This document shows, piece by piece, positions 1 to 10,511 of a stretch of DNA of 34,585 bases. A program made the position numbers and the translations under genes. This stretch comes from Chiloscyllium plagiosum (Eukaryota), in NCBI RefSeq assembly GCF_004010195.1, contig NC_057754.1:989293-1023877 (forward strand). Reading direction: 5' to 3'. The notes under the pieces are model-generated. The model saw only the letters and a list, made by a program, of their open reading frames with translations, made no database searches and had not been told where the DNA came from. Position 1 is the first letter of the stretch; the number at the start of each line of letters is the position of its first letter.

Positions 1-540
1 AGTGAATGTGTGTGTGTGAGTGTGGGTGTGAGCGGGCGGGTGTGAGTGTGAGCGGGTGTGTGTGTGTGAGTGTGGGTGTGAGCGGGCGGGTGTGAGTGTG
101 AGCGGGTGTGTGTGTGTGAGTGTGGGTGTGAGCGGGCGGGTGTGAGTGTGAGCGGGTGTGTGTGTGTGAGTGTGGGTGTGAGCGGGCGGGTGTGAGTGTG
201 AGCGGGTGTGTGTGTGTGAGTGTGGGTGTGAGCGGGCGGGTGTGAGTGTGAGCGGGTGTGTGTGTGTGAGTGTGGGTGTGAGCGGGCGGGTGTGAGTGTG
301 AGCGGGTGTGTGTGTGTGAGTGTGGGTGTGAGCGGGCGGGTGTGAGTGTGAGCGGGTGTGTGTGTGTGAGTGTGGGTGTGAGCGGGCGGGTGTGAGTGTG
401 AGCGGGTGTGTGTGTGTGAGTGTGGGTGTGAGCGGGCGGGTGTGAGTGTGAGCGGGTGTGTGTGTGTGAGTGTGGGTGTGAGCGGGCGGGTGTGAGTGTG
501 AGCGGGTGTGTGTGTGTGAGTGTGGGTGTGAGCGGGCGGG
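1..540. repeat. GT-rich 50-bp minisatellite (~10.7 copies) ending next to the B4GAT1 ATG
   Basis: agcgggcggg recurs exactly at 31, 81, 131 ... 531; units are essentially identical. Confidence 0.95.
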
Positions 541-541
541 G

Positions 542-1744
542 ATGGCGCGGCTCCTGCTCCCTCTCCCCCGGGCTCCCTGCTCCTGTTTCCGGGCGCTGCT
601 GGCCTCCCTGCTGCTGGTGGCCGCGCTGCAGCTGCTGTACCTCGGCCTCCTGTCGGCGATGCACGGCCGCCAGCAGCGGCTCCGCTACTCCCGGCTCTTC
701 CAGGCCGGAGGGCGGCCCGGGGCTGCTCTGGGAGCTGGTGCCCAGGGAGGAGAGTCCCAGTCCCGGGAAGCCCTGACGCTGGGACCGGGGAGGCTGGACC
801 CGAGCGGCCGGTACCGCCTGTACCGGGACGTGAGCCGGAGCCCGGTGAGCCGTGAAGCCGGGGACTTGGAGCTGAGCCTGGCCACCCACAGCTCCTTACA
901 CAACCTGCACCACCTGCCTGGCCTGGCACGGCGTTGGCAGGGTCCCCTGGCAGTGGCAGTGTTCGCAGGACCAGGGGAGCTGAGTGCCAGCCTACAGCTC
1001 ATTCACAATCTGGAGGGGCACTGTCCGTGCCTGCGAGGCCGGGTCACCTTTACCTTGGTCACTCCCAGCGGGCTGCCAGAGAAGGGGGTAGCCCCAGAGC
1101 CGGGTGGAGGGGAGCGCCAGGGGCCCGGGACGCAGGACCCCCAGGTCGGGGAGCCCCCGGACCCTCACCCGGCCTGCCGCAGGGCGCTGGCCCAGCTCCG
1201 TCGCTACAGCCTGGGCCGCACCAACTACGCCCTGTCGGCCGGCCCCTACCCTAACAACCTGCTGCGGAACGCGGCGCGCCAGGCCCTGCCCTCCCGCCAC
1301 GTGCTGGTCATCGACGTGGACATGCTGCCCAGCGCCGGGCTGCACCCCGGCTTCCTGCGGCTGCTGGACGACCTGACCCGGAGCGCGGAGAGCGGGCCCG
1401 GCGCCGACCGCACCGTCTACGTGGTGCCCGCCCTGGAGATGCGCCACACCCGCCGGCTGCCCCAGCACAAGGCCGAGCTGCAGCAGCTCTACCAGGTGGC
1501 CGAGGTACAGCCTTTCTATGCCGAGCTGTGCCCCCGATGCCAGGCTCCCACCAACTACAGCCGCTGGATCAACCTGCCCGCTGCCGCCACCGCCGCCACC
1601 AGTACCAGCAGCACCGGGCCTGCACTGCGGGTAGCCTACACACGGGAGTGGACAGACCCCTGGGAACCTTTCTACATCTCCCGCACCACCGTGCCCCCCT
1701 ACGACGAGAGGTTCGAACAATACGGCTTCAACCGCATCAGTCAG
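542..1744 (+). CDS. B4GAT1: Beta-1,4-glucuronyltransferase 1, coding exon 1 (type II membrane glycosyltransferase, GT49-like)
   Basis: ATG at 542; N-terminal hydrophobic anchor (ALLASLLLVAALQLLYLGLL); motifs YPNNLLRN, VLVIDVDML (DXD), CPRCQAPTNYSRW, DPWEPFY, YDERFEQYGFNRISQ; phase-0 donor CAG|GTGAGC at 1744/1745. Confidence 0.95.
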
Positions 1745-1904
1745 GTGAGCTGTTCGGACGTTATTGGCATCGCGGGTGGGGTGGGGTGGGGCAGGGCTGG
1801 TTGAGTGGGTTGCATGACCCCAAGTGGTTAGTGCAAGTGACCTGTCAGAGTCATACCAGGCCGGATGTGGGATAGGGATGTGTGTGTGTGTGTGAGAGAG
1901 AGAT

Positions 1905-3050
1905 AGTTAGAGTCATAGAGATGTACATCACGGAAACAGACCCTTCGGCCCAACCCGTCCATGCCGACCAGAAATCCCAACCCAATCTAGTCCCACCTGC
2001 CAGCACTTGGCCCACATTCCTCCAAACCCTTCCTATTCATATACCCATCCTGATGCCTTTTAAATGTTGCAATTGTACCAGCCTCCACCACTTCCTGTGG
2101 CAGCTCATTCCATACACGTACCGCCCTCTGTGTGAAAAAGTTGCCCCTTAGGTCTCTGTTATTATCTTTCCCCTCTCACCCTAAACCTATGCCCTCGAGT
2201 TCTGGACTCCCCAACCCCAGGAAGAGACTTGACTATTTACCCCATCCATGCCCCTCATGAATTTATAAACCTCTATAAGGTCACCCCTCAGCCTCCGACG
2301 CTTCAGGGAAAACAGCCCCAGCCTGTTCCACCTCTCCCTATAGCTCAAATCCTCCAACCCTGGCAAAATCTTTGTAAATCTTTTCTGAACCCTTTTAAAT
2401 TTCACATCTTTCCGATAGGAAGGAGACCAGAATTGCACGCAATATTCCAACAGTGGCCTCACCAATGTCCTATACAGCCGCAACATGACCTCCCAACTCC
2501 TGTACTCAATATTCTGACCAATAANNNNNNNNNNNNNNNNNNNNNNNNNNNNNNNNNNNNNNNNNNNNNNNNNNNNNNNNNNNNNNNNNNNNNNNNNNNN
2601 NNNNNNNNNNNNNNNNNNNNNNNNNNNNNNNNNNNNNNNNNNNNNNNNNNNNNNNNNNNNNNNNNNNNNNNNNNNNNNNNNNNNNNNNNNNNNNNNNNNN
2701 NNNNNNNNNNNNNNNNNNNNNNNNNNNNNNNNNNNNNNNNNNNNNNNNNNNNNNNNNNNNTCAATCCTCTTTGTTACTTCCTCAAAAAATTCAATCAAGT
2801 TTGTGAGACATGATTTCCCACACACAAAGCCATGTTGACTATCCCGAATCAGTCCTTGCCTTTCCAAATACATGTACATCCTGTCCCTCAGGATTCCCTC
2901 CAACAACTTGCCACAACTGAGGTCAGGCTCACCGGTCTATAGTTCCCTGGCTTGTCCTTACCGCCCTTCTTAAACAGTGGCACCACGTTAGCCAACCTCC
3001 AGTCTTCTGACACCTCACCTGTGACTATCGATAATACAAATGTCTCAGCA
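1905..3050 (-). mobile_element. CR1-type LINE fragment interrupted by an assembly gap
   Basis: RT-region peptides NYRPVSLTS, QHGFVCGKSCLTNLIEFFEEVT, LYRTLVRPLLEYCVQFWSP, RRRLRGDLIEVYK; frameshifted. Confidence 0.9.
2525..2760. other. Assembly gap (N run)
   Basis: Run of n. Confidence 1.
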
Positions 3051-3794
3051 ATCTCTTCCACTATGGAAGCTTCACCAGCTAGGGTAATAACTGAGCTCGT
3101 GGGCAACATGTCTCAGGGAATCGATGATTAGCAACAATTTGTAAATAGCACATTCATTGTGGTAAAATGTCTAAGTATTGTGGCTTTAGGCACAACACCT
3201 TCACAATAAAACTCTGAAATGTGTCAATGTTGTGCCTGTGACATGTGACAGTGGGTTATATGGAGATAGAAACTAGCAACTGGAAGAGGCCATTCAGCCC
3301 TTGGTGCCTGCTCAGCCATTCCGTCTGATCATGGCTGATTCTATAACTCCACACCCATATACCCGCCTTCTCATCATAGCCTTTGATGCCTTTAAACTCT
3401 ACAAATGTAAAGATACTTGATAAAGTTATTCAGCGACCTGTCCTGCACAGCCTTTGTGCTGGTGAATTCCACAGATAGGCCACTCCTGAGTAAAGTAGTG
3501 TTGCATCATCTCAGTCCTAAATGGTCTCCCCCATATTCTGAGACTGTGACTCCTGCTTCTAGACTCTCCAATCAGGGAAACATTCTTCCCACCAGCCCTG
3601 GTAGAGTTTTGTACATTTCAATCTGATCCCCTCTCTTCTATGAAATTCGAGTGAATACAGGCCAAGCCGAACCAATCTCTCTTGATAAAACACTCCTGCT
3701 ATCCCTCTGCTATGTTCTTTCTATAGCAAGTGTGTGCTATGGAAGACCAAACCTGCACACAACACTCTACGTTGATTGGTTTATTGTCACATTT

Positions 3795-4100
3795 AGATTA
3801 GATTAGATTACTTACAAGTGTGGAAACAGGCCCTTCGGCCCAACAAGTCCACACCACCCCGCTGAAGCGCAACCCACCCATACCCCTACATTTACCCCTT
3901 ACCTAACACTACGGGCAATTTAGTATGGCCAATTCACCTAACCTGCACATCTTTGGACTGTGGGAGGAAACCGGAGCACCCGGAGGAAACCCCCGCAGAC
4001 ACGGGGAGAATGTGCAAACTCCACACAGTCAGTCGCCAAGAGGCGGGTCTCTGGCGCTGTGAGGCAGCAGTGCTAACCCACTGTGCCACCGTGCCGCCCA
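3795..4100 (-). mobile_element. tRNA-derived SINE (HE1-like)
   Basis: Minus strand starts GGCGGCACGGTGGCACAGTGG (A box), has GTGTGGAGTTTGCACATTCTCCCCGTG core and (TCTAA)n tail; related copies at ~5150-5460, 7735-7965, 9465-9720, 16855-17150, 21275-21610. Confidence 0.8.
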
Positions 4101-4655
4101 TAAACCATGTACAGTGCAGTGAAAGGTTTTGTTTAGCATGCAGTACAGGTAGATCATTCTGTACAAAGATCACAGGGTGATCAAACAGAGCGAGGGATAC
4201 AAAGTTACAGCTGCAAAGATGGTGCGCAGAGAGTGAGATCAATATTAGATTTGAAATTTGAGAGGTCCATTCAGAATAACAGCGGGGAAGAAGCTGTTCC
4301 TGAACCTGTTGATACCTTTATATCTTCTGCCTGATGGAAGAGGGTGGATGAGAATCTCCTGTTCCCTGGATGCTGCCTGACCTGCTGTGCTGTTCCAGCA
4401 ATAAAGTTTCAACCTGGATGAGATTATGACCGGGCTGGGAGGGGTCTTTGATGATGCTGGCTGCCTTCCTGAGGCAGTGGGAAGTGTAGATGGATACTCC
4501 AGGTGTGGTCTCACCAAGGCCCTATATAACCTGCTGTAAGACAACTCTACTTCTGAACTCAAATCCTCTCACAATAAAGACAGATATACCACTTGCCTTC
4601 CTAACTGCTAGCAGCACCTGCTGGTCTACTTTCATTGACTGGTGAATAAGGACAA

Positions 4656-4828
4656 AATTAGTGTGGTGCTGGAAAAGCACAGCAGGTCAGGCAGCATTCG
4701 AGGAGAAGGAGAATCGATGTTTCAAGCAAAAGCTCTTCATCAGGAATCCTGCTCCTCGGATGCTGCCTGACCTGCTGTGCTTTTCCAGCACCACTCTAAT
4801 CTCCTGCATCTGCAGTACCCACTTTTGC
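4656..4828. mobile_element. Fold-back Penelope-like terminus insertion with 17-bp target-site duplication
   Basis: Inverted repeat ~4658-4710 / 4747-4800; flanks ctggtgaataaggacaa (4639-4655) and ctggagaataaggacaa (4829-4845); Penelope assignment is inferred. Confidence 0.65.
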
Positions 4829-5149
4829 CTGGAGAATAAGGACAAGCGTTCATTCATCTACATTTCCCAATACATCACTATTTAAAGAATACCGTGACTT
4901 CCTGTTTTTGACAACAAAGTGTAGAGCTTCATATTTGTTTGTGCTGTACCACATCTGCCATGTGTTTGTCCCCATGAACTCAACTTCATCTAAATCACCC
5001 TGAAACCTCCTTGCATCTTCCACACAATCACGCCCAGTTCGGTATTGTCAGCTAACTTAGAAACGGTGCGTTTGTTTCCCTGATTCAGGTCAGTAATATA
5101 TATCGTGAATAACTTTGGGCTGAAACATTAATCCCTGCAGTAACCCACA

Positions 5150-5460
5150 TGGTACAGAGGCTCAGTGGTTAGCACTGCTGCCTCCCAGCGCCAGGGACCC
5201 GGCTTCGATCCCAGCCTCATGCGACTGTCTGTGTGGAGTTTGCACGTTCTCCCCGTGTCTGCGTGGGTTTCCTCTGGGTGCTCTGGTTTCCTCCCACAGT
5301 CCAAAGATGTGCAGGTCCAGGTGAATTGGCCATGCTAAATTGTCCATAGTGTTAGGTGCATTAGTCAGCATAAATATAGGATAGGGGAATGGGTCTGGGA
5401 GGGTTACTGTTTGGAGGTTAGGTGTGGATTTATTGGGTCAAAGGACTGTTTCCATACTCT
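5150..5460 (+). mobile_element. tRNA-derived SINE (HE1-like)
   Basis: A box ggctcagtggttagc, B box-like gcttcgatccc, shared SINE core. Confidence 0.8.
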
Positions 5461-5804
5461 ATTCCATTCCCTCTCTACCACTGCATTAGCGTAATAGAAC
5501 AGAGCAAGGAAGATAATGTTTTGGTTCAGAGAGCATGGAGAGCGAGATCAAGATTAAATTTTAAATTTGAAAGATTAATGAATTCTCAATCCATGCCAGT
5601 ATATTCCCTCGAACCCCATGCACCTCTCATCAAAACCCTTCTTGAAATCCAAATATACCATCACCAGTGGCTCTCCTTCTACAAGTTATATCCTCAAAGA
5701 AACTTCAGTTGGTTAGATAAGCAAGATTTCCCTTTTATAAACTCATGCTGACTTTGTCACAATCAATTAATGATTTCTAAGTGTTCTGTAATCACATTTC
5801 TTAT

Positions 5805-6390
5805 AAGAGATAGTGAAAAAGGCATTTGGTATGCTTCCATTTATTGGTCAGTGCATTGAGTACAGGAGTTAGGTGGTCATGTTGCGGCTGTACAGGACAT
5901 TGGTTAGGCAACAGTTGCAATATTGCGTGCAATTCTGGTCTCCTTCCTATCGCAAAGATGTTGTGAAACTTGAAAGGGTTCAGAAAAGATTTACAAGGAT
6001 GTTGCCAGGGTTGGAGGATTTGAGCTATAGGGAGAGGCTGAACAGGCTGGGGCTGTTTTCCCTGGAGCATAGGAGGCTGAGGGGTGACCTTACAGAGGTT
6101 TATAAAATCATAAGGGGCATGAATAGGGTAAAATATCTTTTACCTGGGGTGGGGCCTAAAGGGTAACTTTTCCACGCTCAGGGTGGTGTATGTATGGAAT
6201 GAGCTGCCAGAGGAAGTGGTGGAGGCTGGTACAACTACAACATTAAAAAGATGGGTATATGAATAGGAAGGGTTTGGAGGGTTATGGGCCAAATGCTGGC
6301 AAATGGGACTAGATTAGGTTAGGATATCTGGGTGGCCTGGATGAGCTGGACCACAGGGTCTGTTTCCATACTGTACATCTCTATGACATA
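5805..6390 (+). mobile_element. CR1 LINE 3' fragment
   Basis: LYRTLVRQQLQYCVQFWSP...HRRLRGDLTEVYK followed by CR1 3'UTR. Confidence 0.9.
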
Positions 6391-8106
6391 CCAGTCCCCT
6401 GGATGCTGATTAATAAAAGGATCGCTGTATCTTGAACTTTTGAGAAACGATATACAAAGTAGAAGACTGGCTACAGCAGCTTGGATAGAAATGACAAGTC
6501 TACAACACTTTTAGCAGGGTCGCATGGTATAATTAAAGATGGAAAGAAAGATAGCAGATTTGAGCACCAACATATTCTGAGGTTACTTTGCTCAGGAGCC
6601 TCCATTCTCTTCCTCTAATCTCCAGCATCTGCAGTACTCACTCCCGCCTGGTGAATAAGGACAAGCATTCGTTCATCTACATTTCCCAATACATCACTAT
6701 TTAAAGAATACCATGACTTCCTGTTTTTGACAACAAAGTGTAGAGCTTCATATTTGTTTGTGCTGTACCACATCTGCCATGTGTTTGTCCCCATGAACTC
6801 AACTTCATCTAAATCACCCTGAAACCTCCTTGCATCTTCCACACAATCACGCCCAGTTCGGTATTGTCAGCTAACTTAGAAACGGTGCATTTGTTTCCCT
6901 GATTCAGGTCAGTAATATATATCGTGAATAACTTTGGGCTGAAACATTAATCCCTGCAGTAACCCACCTGGTACAGAATCACCAGTCAAAGTTTGAGAAT
7001 CATAACCCGCTGCAATTAAATTATTGTCACAGAGTCATAAAGTTGCCCCTTAGGACAGTTTTAAATCTCTCTCCTCTTACCTTAAACCTATGCCCTCCAG
7101 TTTTGGACTCCCCTATCCTGGGGGAGAAAAGACTTTGTCTATTTATCCTATCCATGCCCCTCATGATTTTATAAACCTCTATAAGGTCACCACTCAGCCT
7201 CCGATGCTCCAGGGAAAACTGCCCCAGCCTGTTCAGCCTCTCCTTATACAGTCAATTCTTCTTTAACATGATGGTTGTGTTCTTGTGCAATCTCGCATCA
7301 TAGAAAAGTTGTGCTTTAGAAACAGCATTTAAAGCGTTGGCGATGTAATCGTGTTACAGACAGCGCACATTTTAAAAGTTTGCGCTTTTGAAATTGTCCC
7401 CAGCTCATCAGTCACGTGACGTTGAATTTTACATTAATGAAACCCCCCGTGTCAAAGCAGCTGACCTGTCGCTCAAACCCGCTAACCCTAGCAACATCCT
7501 TGTAAATATTTTCTGAACCTGTTCAGGTTTCTCAACATCTTTCCTACAGCCGGGAGACCAGAACTGAATGCAGTATTCCAACAGTGGCCTTACCAATGTC
7601 CTGTACAGCCTGATAAAAGCCCAAAGAGCAGCAGATGCTGTAAATCAGCAACAAAACCAGAAGTTGCTGGAGAAGCACAGCATCTGTGAAATCAGAGTAA
7701 CGTTTCCGGTCCGGTGACCCTTCTGAGGAAGCTCGGTGGTTAGCACTGCTGCCTCACAGCGCCAGGGACCTGGGTTCAATTCCACTCTTTGGGAGATTGT
7801 CTGCGTGGGTTTCCTCTGGGTGCTCCACTTTCCCCCCACAGTCCAAAGGTGTGTAGATTAGGTGGATTAGCCATGGGAATTGCAAGGATAGGGCGGGCAA
7901 TGGGATGCACTTTGGAGGGTCGGTATGGGCTGAACAGCCTGCTCCCACGCTGTAGGGATTCTATGGTCTTGTGCTGTGGGCTGGGGCAGAAACAGTTTCG
8001 GTTTGGGTAAGAGTTTTGGTTTTAGCCTTTTCCCTAGCGCTTCGGTGACATTCTGACTGGAGTTAAATCACTGTTATCACTGGTGTTTTTGCACTCCCTC
8101 GGCCAG

Positions 8107-8298
8107 GCCTGTGAGCTCCACGTCGCTGGCTACACTTTCGCAGTGTTGGACAATGCCTTTCTCATCCACAAAGGCTTCAAGCTGGCCAGTGAGTTCCACC
8201 CGCAGAAAGACGAGGAGAACAGACGCAACAGGATTCTTTTCCGCCAGTTCAAACAGGATCTGAAGTTAAAATACCCCGACTCGCCCCGGTGGTGCTGA
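8107..8298 (+). CDS. B4GAT1: B4GAT1 coding exon 2 (63 aa + stop; spliced protein 464 aa)
   Basis: Acceptor ggccAG|GCC after a pyrimidine tract; [25 protein letters not shown]...[17 protein letters not shown] continues FNRISQ in frame and resembles the vertebrate B4GAT1 C-terminus. Confidence 0.95.
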   Translation, partial: ACELHVAGYTFAVLDNAFLIHKGFKLASEFHPQKDEENRRNRILFRQFKQDLKLKYPDSPRWC

Positions 8299-10342
8299 AA
8301 TCCATTCCACCCGCAGAGGAAGCTGTGACTCACCGGGGAAACCAGAGACCGACTCCCTTCTCGTTCCCAGAGACCTTGAGAGGTCATTGTGACTGATGCT
8401 TTCCTGCTTCAGTTGCAGGAAACGGAAAGACTATTTTAGCCCATCCACGTGCTGGTCTTTTAGAAATGATTTGGAGGTGCCGGTGTTGGAACTGGGGTGG
8501 ACAAAGTTAAAAAATCACACAACACCAGGTTATAGTCCAACAGGTTTATTTGGAGGCACTGTTGGGCTACAAGCTGGTGTTGTGTGATTTTTAACTTTGT
8601 CCTTTAGAAACAAACTCTTGAGACATTTTACAATTAAAAACCGAACACTGCGGATGCTGCAAATCAGAAACAGAAATTGGTGGGAAAGCTCAGCAGGGCT
8701 GGCAAAATCTGTGGAGAGAGGTCAGAGTTAACATTTCCACTCATGGAGTTGACCAGCGTTTTGGAAACAGGCCCTGCGGTCCAACTTGCCTATCCTACAT
8801 TATTCTTGTCCCTTTCACCAGTCCAGTGGCCCTTAGCATCGGTGGTAGCCAGGAAACAAAGTTGATTTTCTTTTTATTTTCAGAACGTTTGAGACTCCTA
8901 TTTTTCTTCCCCCCCGCCTGACAGAGGTAATGCTTATTTTTCCCTAGCACCATGTCATGTGTATGCAGGTGTTGGACACAGTGAAAATAAAAGTGTGTAA
9001 ATCTTTATTTTTATTCCACCACTGGGTAAACACCTAAGTGGCCACTGACAAGCAATACCCTTCTCAGAGGGCAATGCTGCATGATCAAACAGTGAAGGGA
9101 AGGGCAGGGATTAAATCAAAGGTGTTTTTATACAGATTTTTGGGGGTGGGGTAAGGTGTTAATAGGTGGAGATATAAGCCCAAAGGAAGAGAGAACAGTT
9201 GTACAAAGGAGTGGATGGTCGAGTACTTTTCCAGTACTGCACTTTCCACTCTGATCTTCAATATCTGCATTCTCTTTTTCCTAAGACCAGGATAGAATAC
9301 TGGTTTCAAGATGAAAATCCAACAATTTTGGGCACACCTTCATTTTATTAATCAGTCAGCTATCACACAACCCATAGTTAGCCACTAACAGCTATTCTTC
9401 CAGCCTGCTCATTGTCCACTTTTTGTCTGTCCAGCTGCTCTGCGCCTTTGGGCCCTATCCCTGTGGGCAGCATAGTGGTTAGCACTGCTGCCTCTCACGC
9501 CAGAGACCCGGATTCAATTCCCGCCTCAGGTGACTGTGTGGAGTTTGCATTCTCACCATGTGCTCCAGTTTCCTCCCACAGTCCAAAAATGTGCAAGTTA
9601 GGTGAATTGGCTATGCTAAATTGCCCAGTGTTAAGTGCAGGGGTAAATGTAGGGGAGTGGGTCAGGGTGGACTTGTTGGGCCAAAGGGCCTGTTTCCACG
9701 CTGTAAGGAATCTAATCTAATCATTTACTCCTCAACCTCTCTCCTCACGTATCGTTATTTTCTGCATAGTAGCCACAAAGGAGTTCCTTCCATTAGTTAA
9801 GAGCAGATTCTGCCAAACTTGCTGAGCTTTTCCAGTAACCTTTTGTTTCTGGGACTTTTTGGTTTGATAGTGTCTTTCAAAGTTTGGTTACACCTTAAGT
9901 GATCATTGGAAAGTTGTGTGGGGGTGGGGAAAGAAAAGAAAATGTAAGAGAAAGTAGCTCCACAAAACAGTGTTATTGACTTAAAACAGTAAGCTATTAA
10001 ATGGTGTTTGCTCAGCTACTCCTGTGATCATGGCTGACCTTATATAACCTTCAACTCCACTGTCCTCAGTTACCTTAAAAACATCAGCCTTCTGGATTCA
10101 TACCCCAAGTTCTCATTAGAAACAGTTGCCTCTTTATTTAGTATTTGCAATGGTCTCAAGGTGAGGAGACACCTTTTACCTGGTGGCATCCCTAAGAATC
10201 TGAACTCTAAATATCCAGGAGGTTGGTGAAGCTGCCTGTTGAGTGTGCACTCTAATAACCAGGATATCTAGATCACATGGATGCAATAGCACTGGGTCAG
10301 AAACACCCAGGAATCATGTTTGTACATTTTCTATCATGAATG

Positions 10343-10348
10343 AATAAA
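10343..10348 (+). terminator. Candidate B4GAT1 polyadenylation signal AATAAA (alternative at 8986-8991)
   Basis: AATAAA at the end of non-repetitive 3'UTR-like sequence, just before the opposing gene's 3' end. Confidence 0.45.
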
Positions 10349-10505
10349 TTATTTAAATTATCACCAGTTGTGGAATATTCAATTCCCCACAAGTCAGGAG
10401 TCAGCACTCCAGCTCTTTTCCCACCCAAACGGAAGCTGGTCCATTGACAACTTCACAAACATGACAATAGACACCAAAGACAAGTGGATCAGGGAAAAAA
10501 AAAAG

Positions 10506-10511
10506 TTTATT
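10506..10511 (-). terminator. Candidate polyadenylation signal of the snoRNA host gene
   Basis: + strand tttatt = AATAAA on -, followed by a U-tract, ~525 nt into the terminal exon that starts after the acceptor TTTTTTTTTTTGCAG (AG at 11036-11037). Confidence 0.55.

Noticed and set aside
506..541. N-terminal extension MCVCECGCERAG of the 432-aa ORF
   Set aside because: Starts at a GTG inside the tandem repeat; the real ATG is at 542
992..1720. 242-aa antisense ORF and other overlapping ORFs
   Set aside because: Shadow frames of a GC-rich coding exon with no recognisable domain
1745..1804. C-terminal tail VSCSDVIGIAGG... of the 432-aa ORF
   Set aside because: Intron read-through after the GTGAGC donor; homology continues at 8107
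5150..5225. tRNA-like A/B boxes
   Set aside because: SINE heads followed by the SINE body, not tRNA genes
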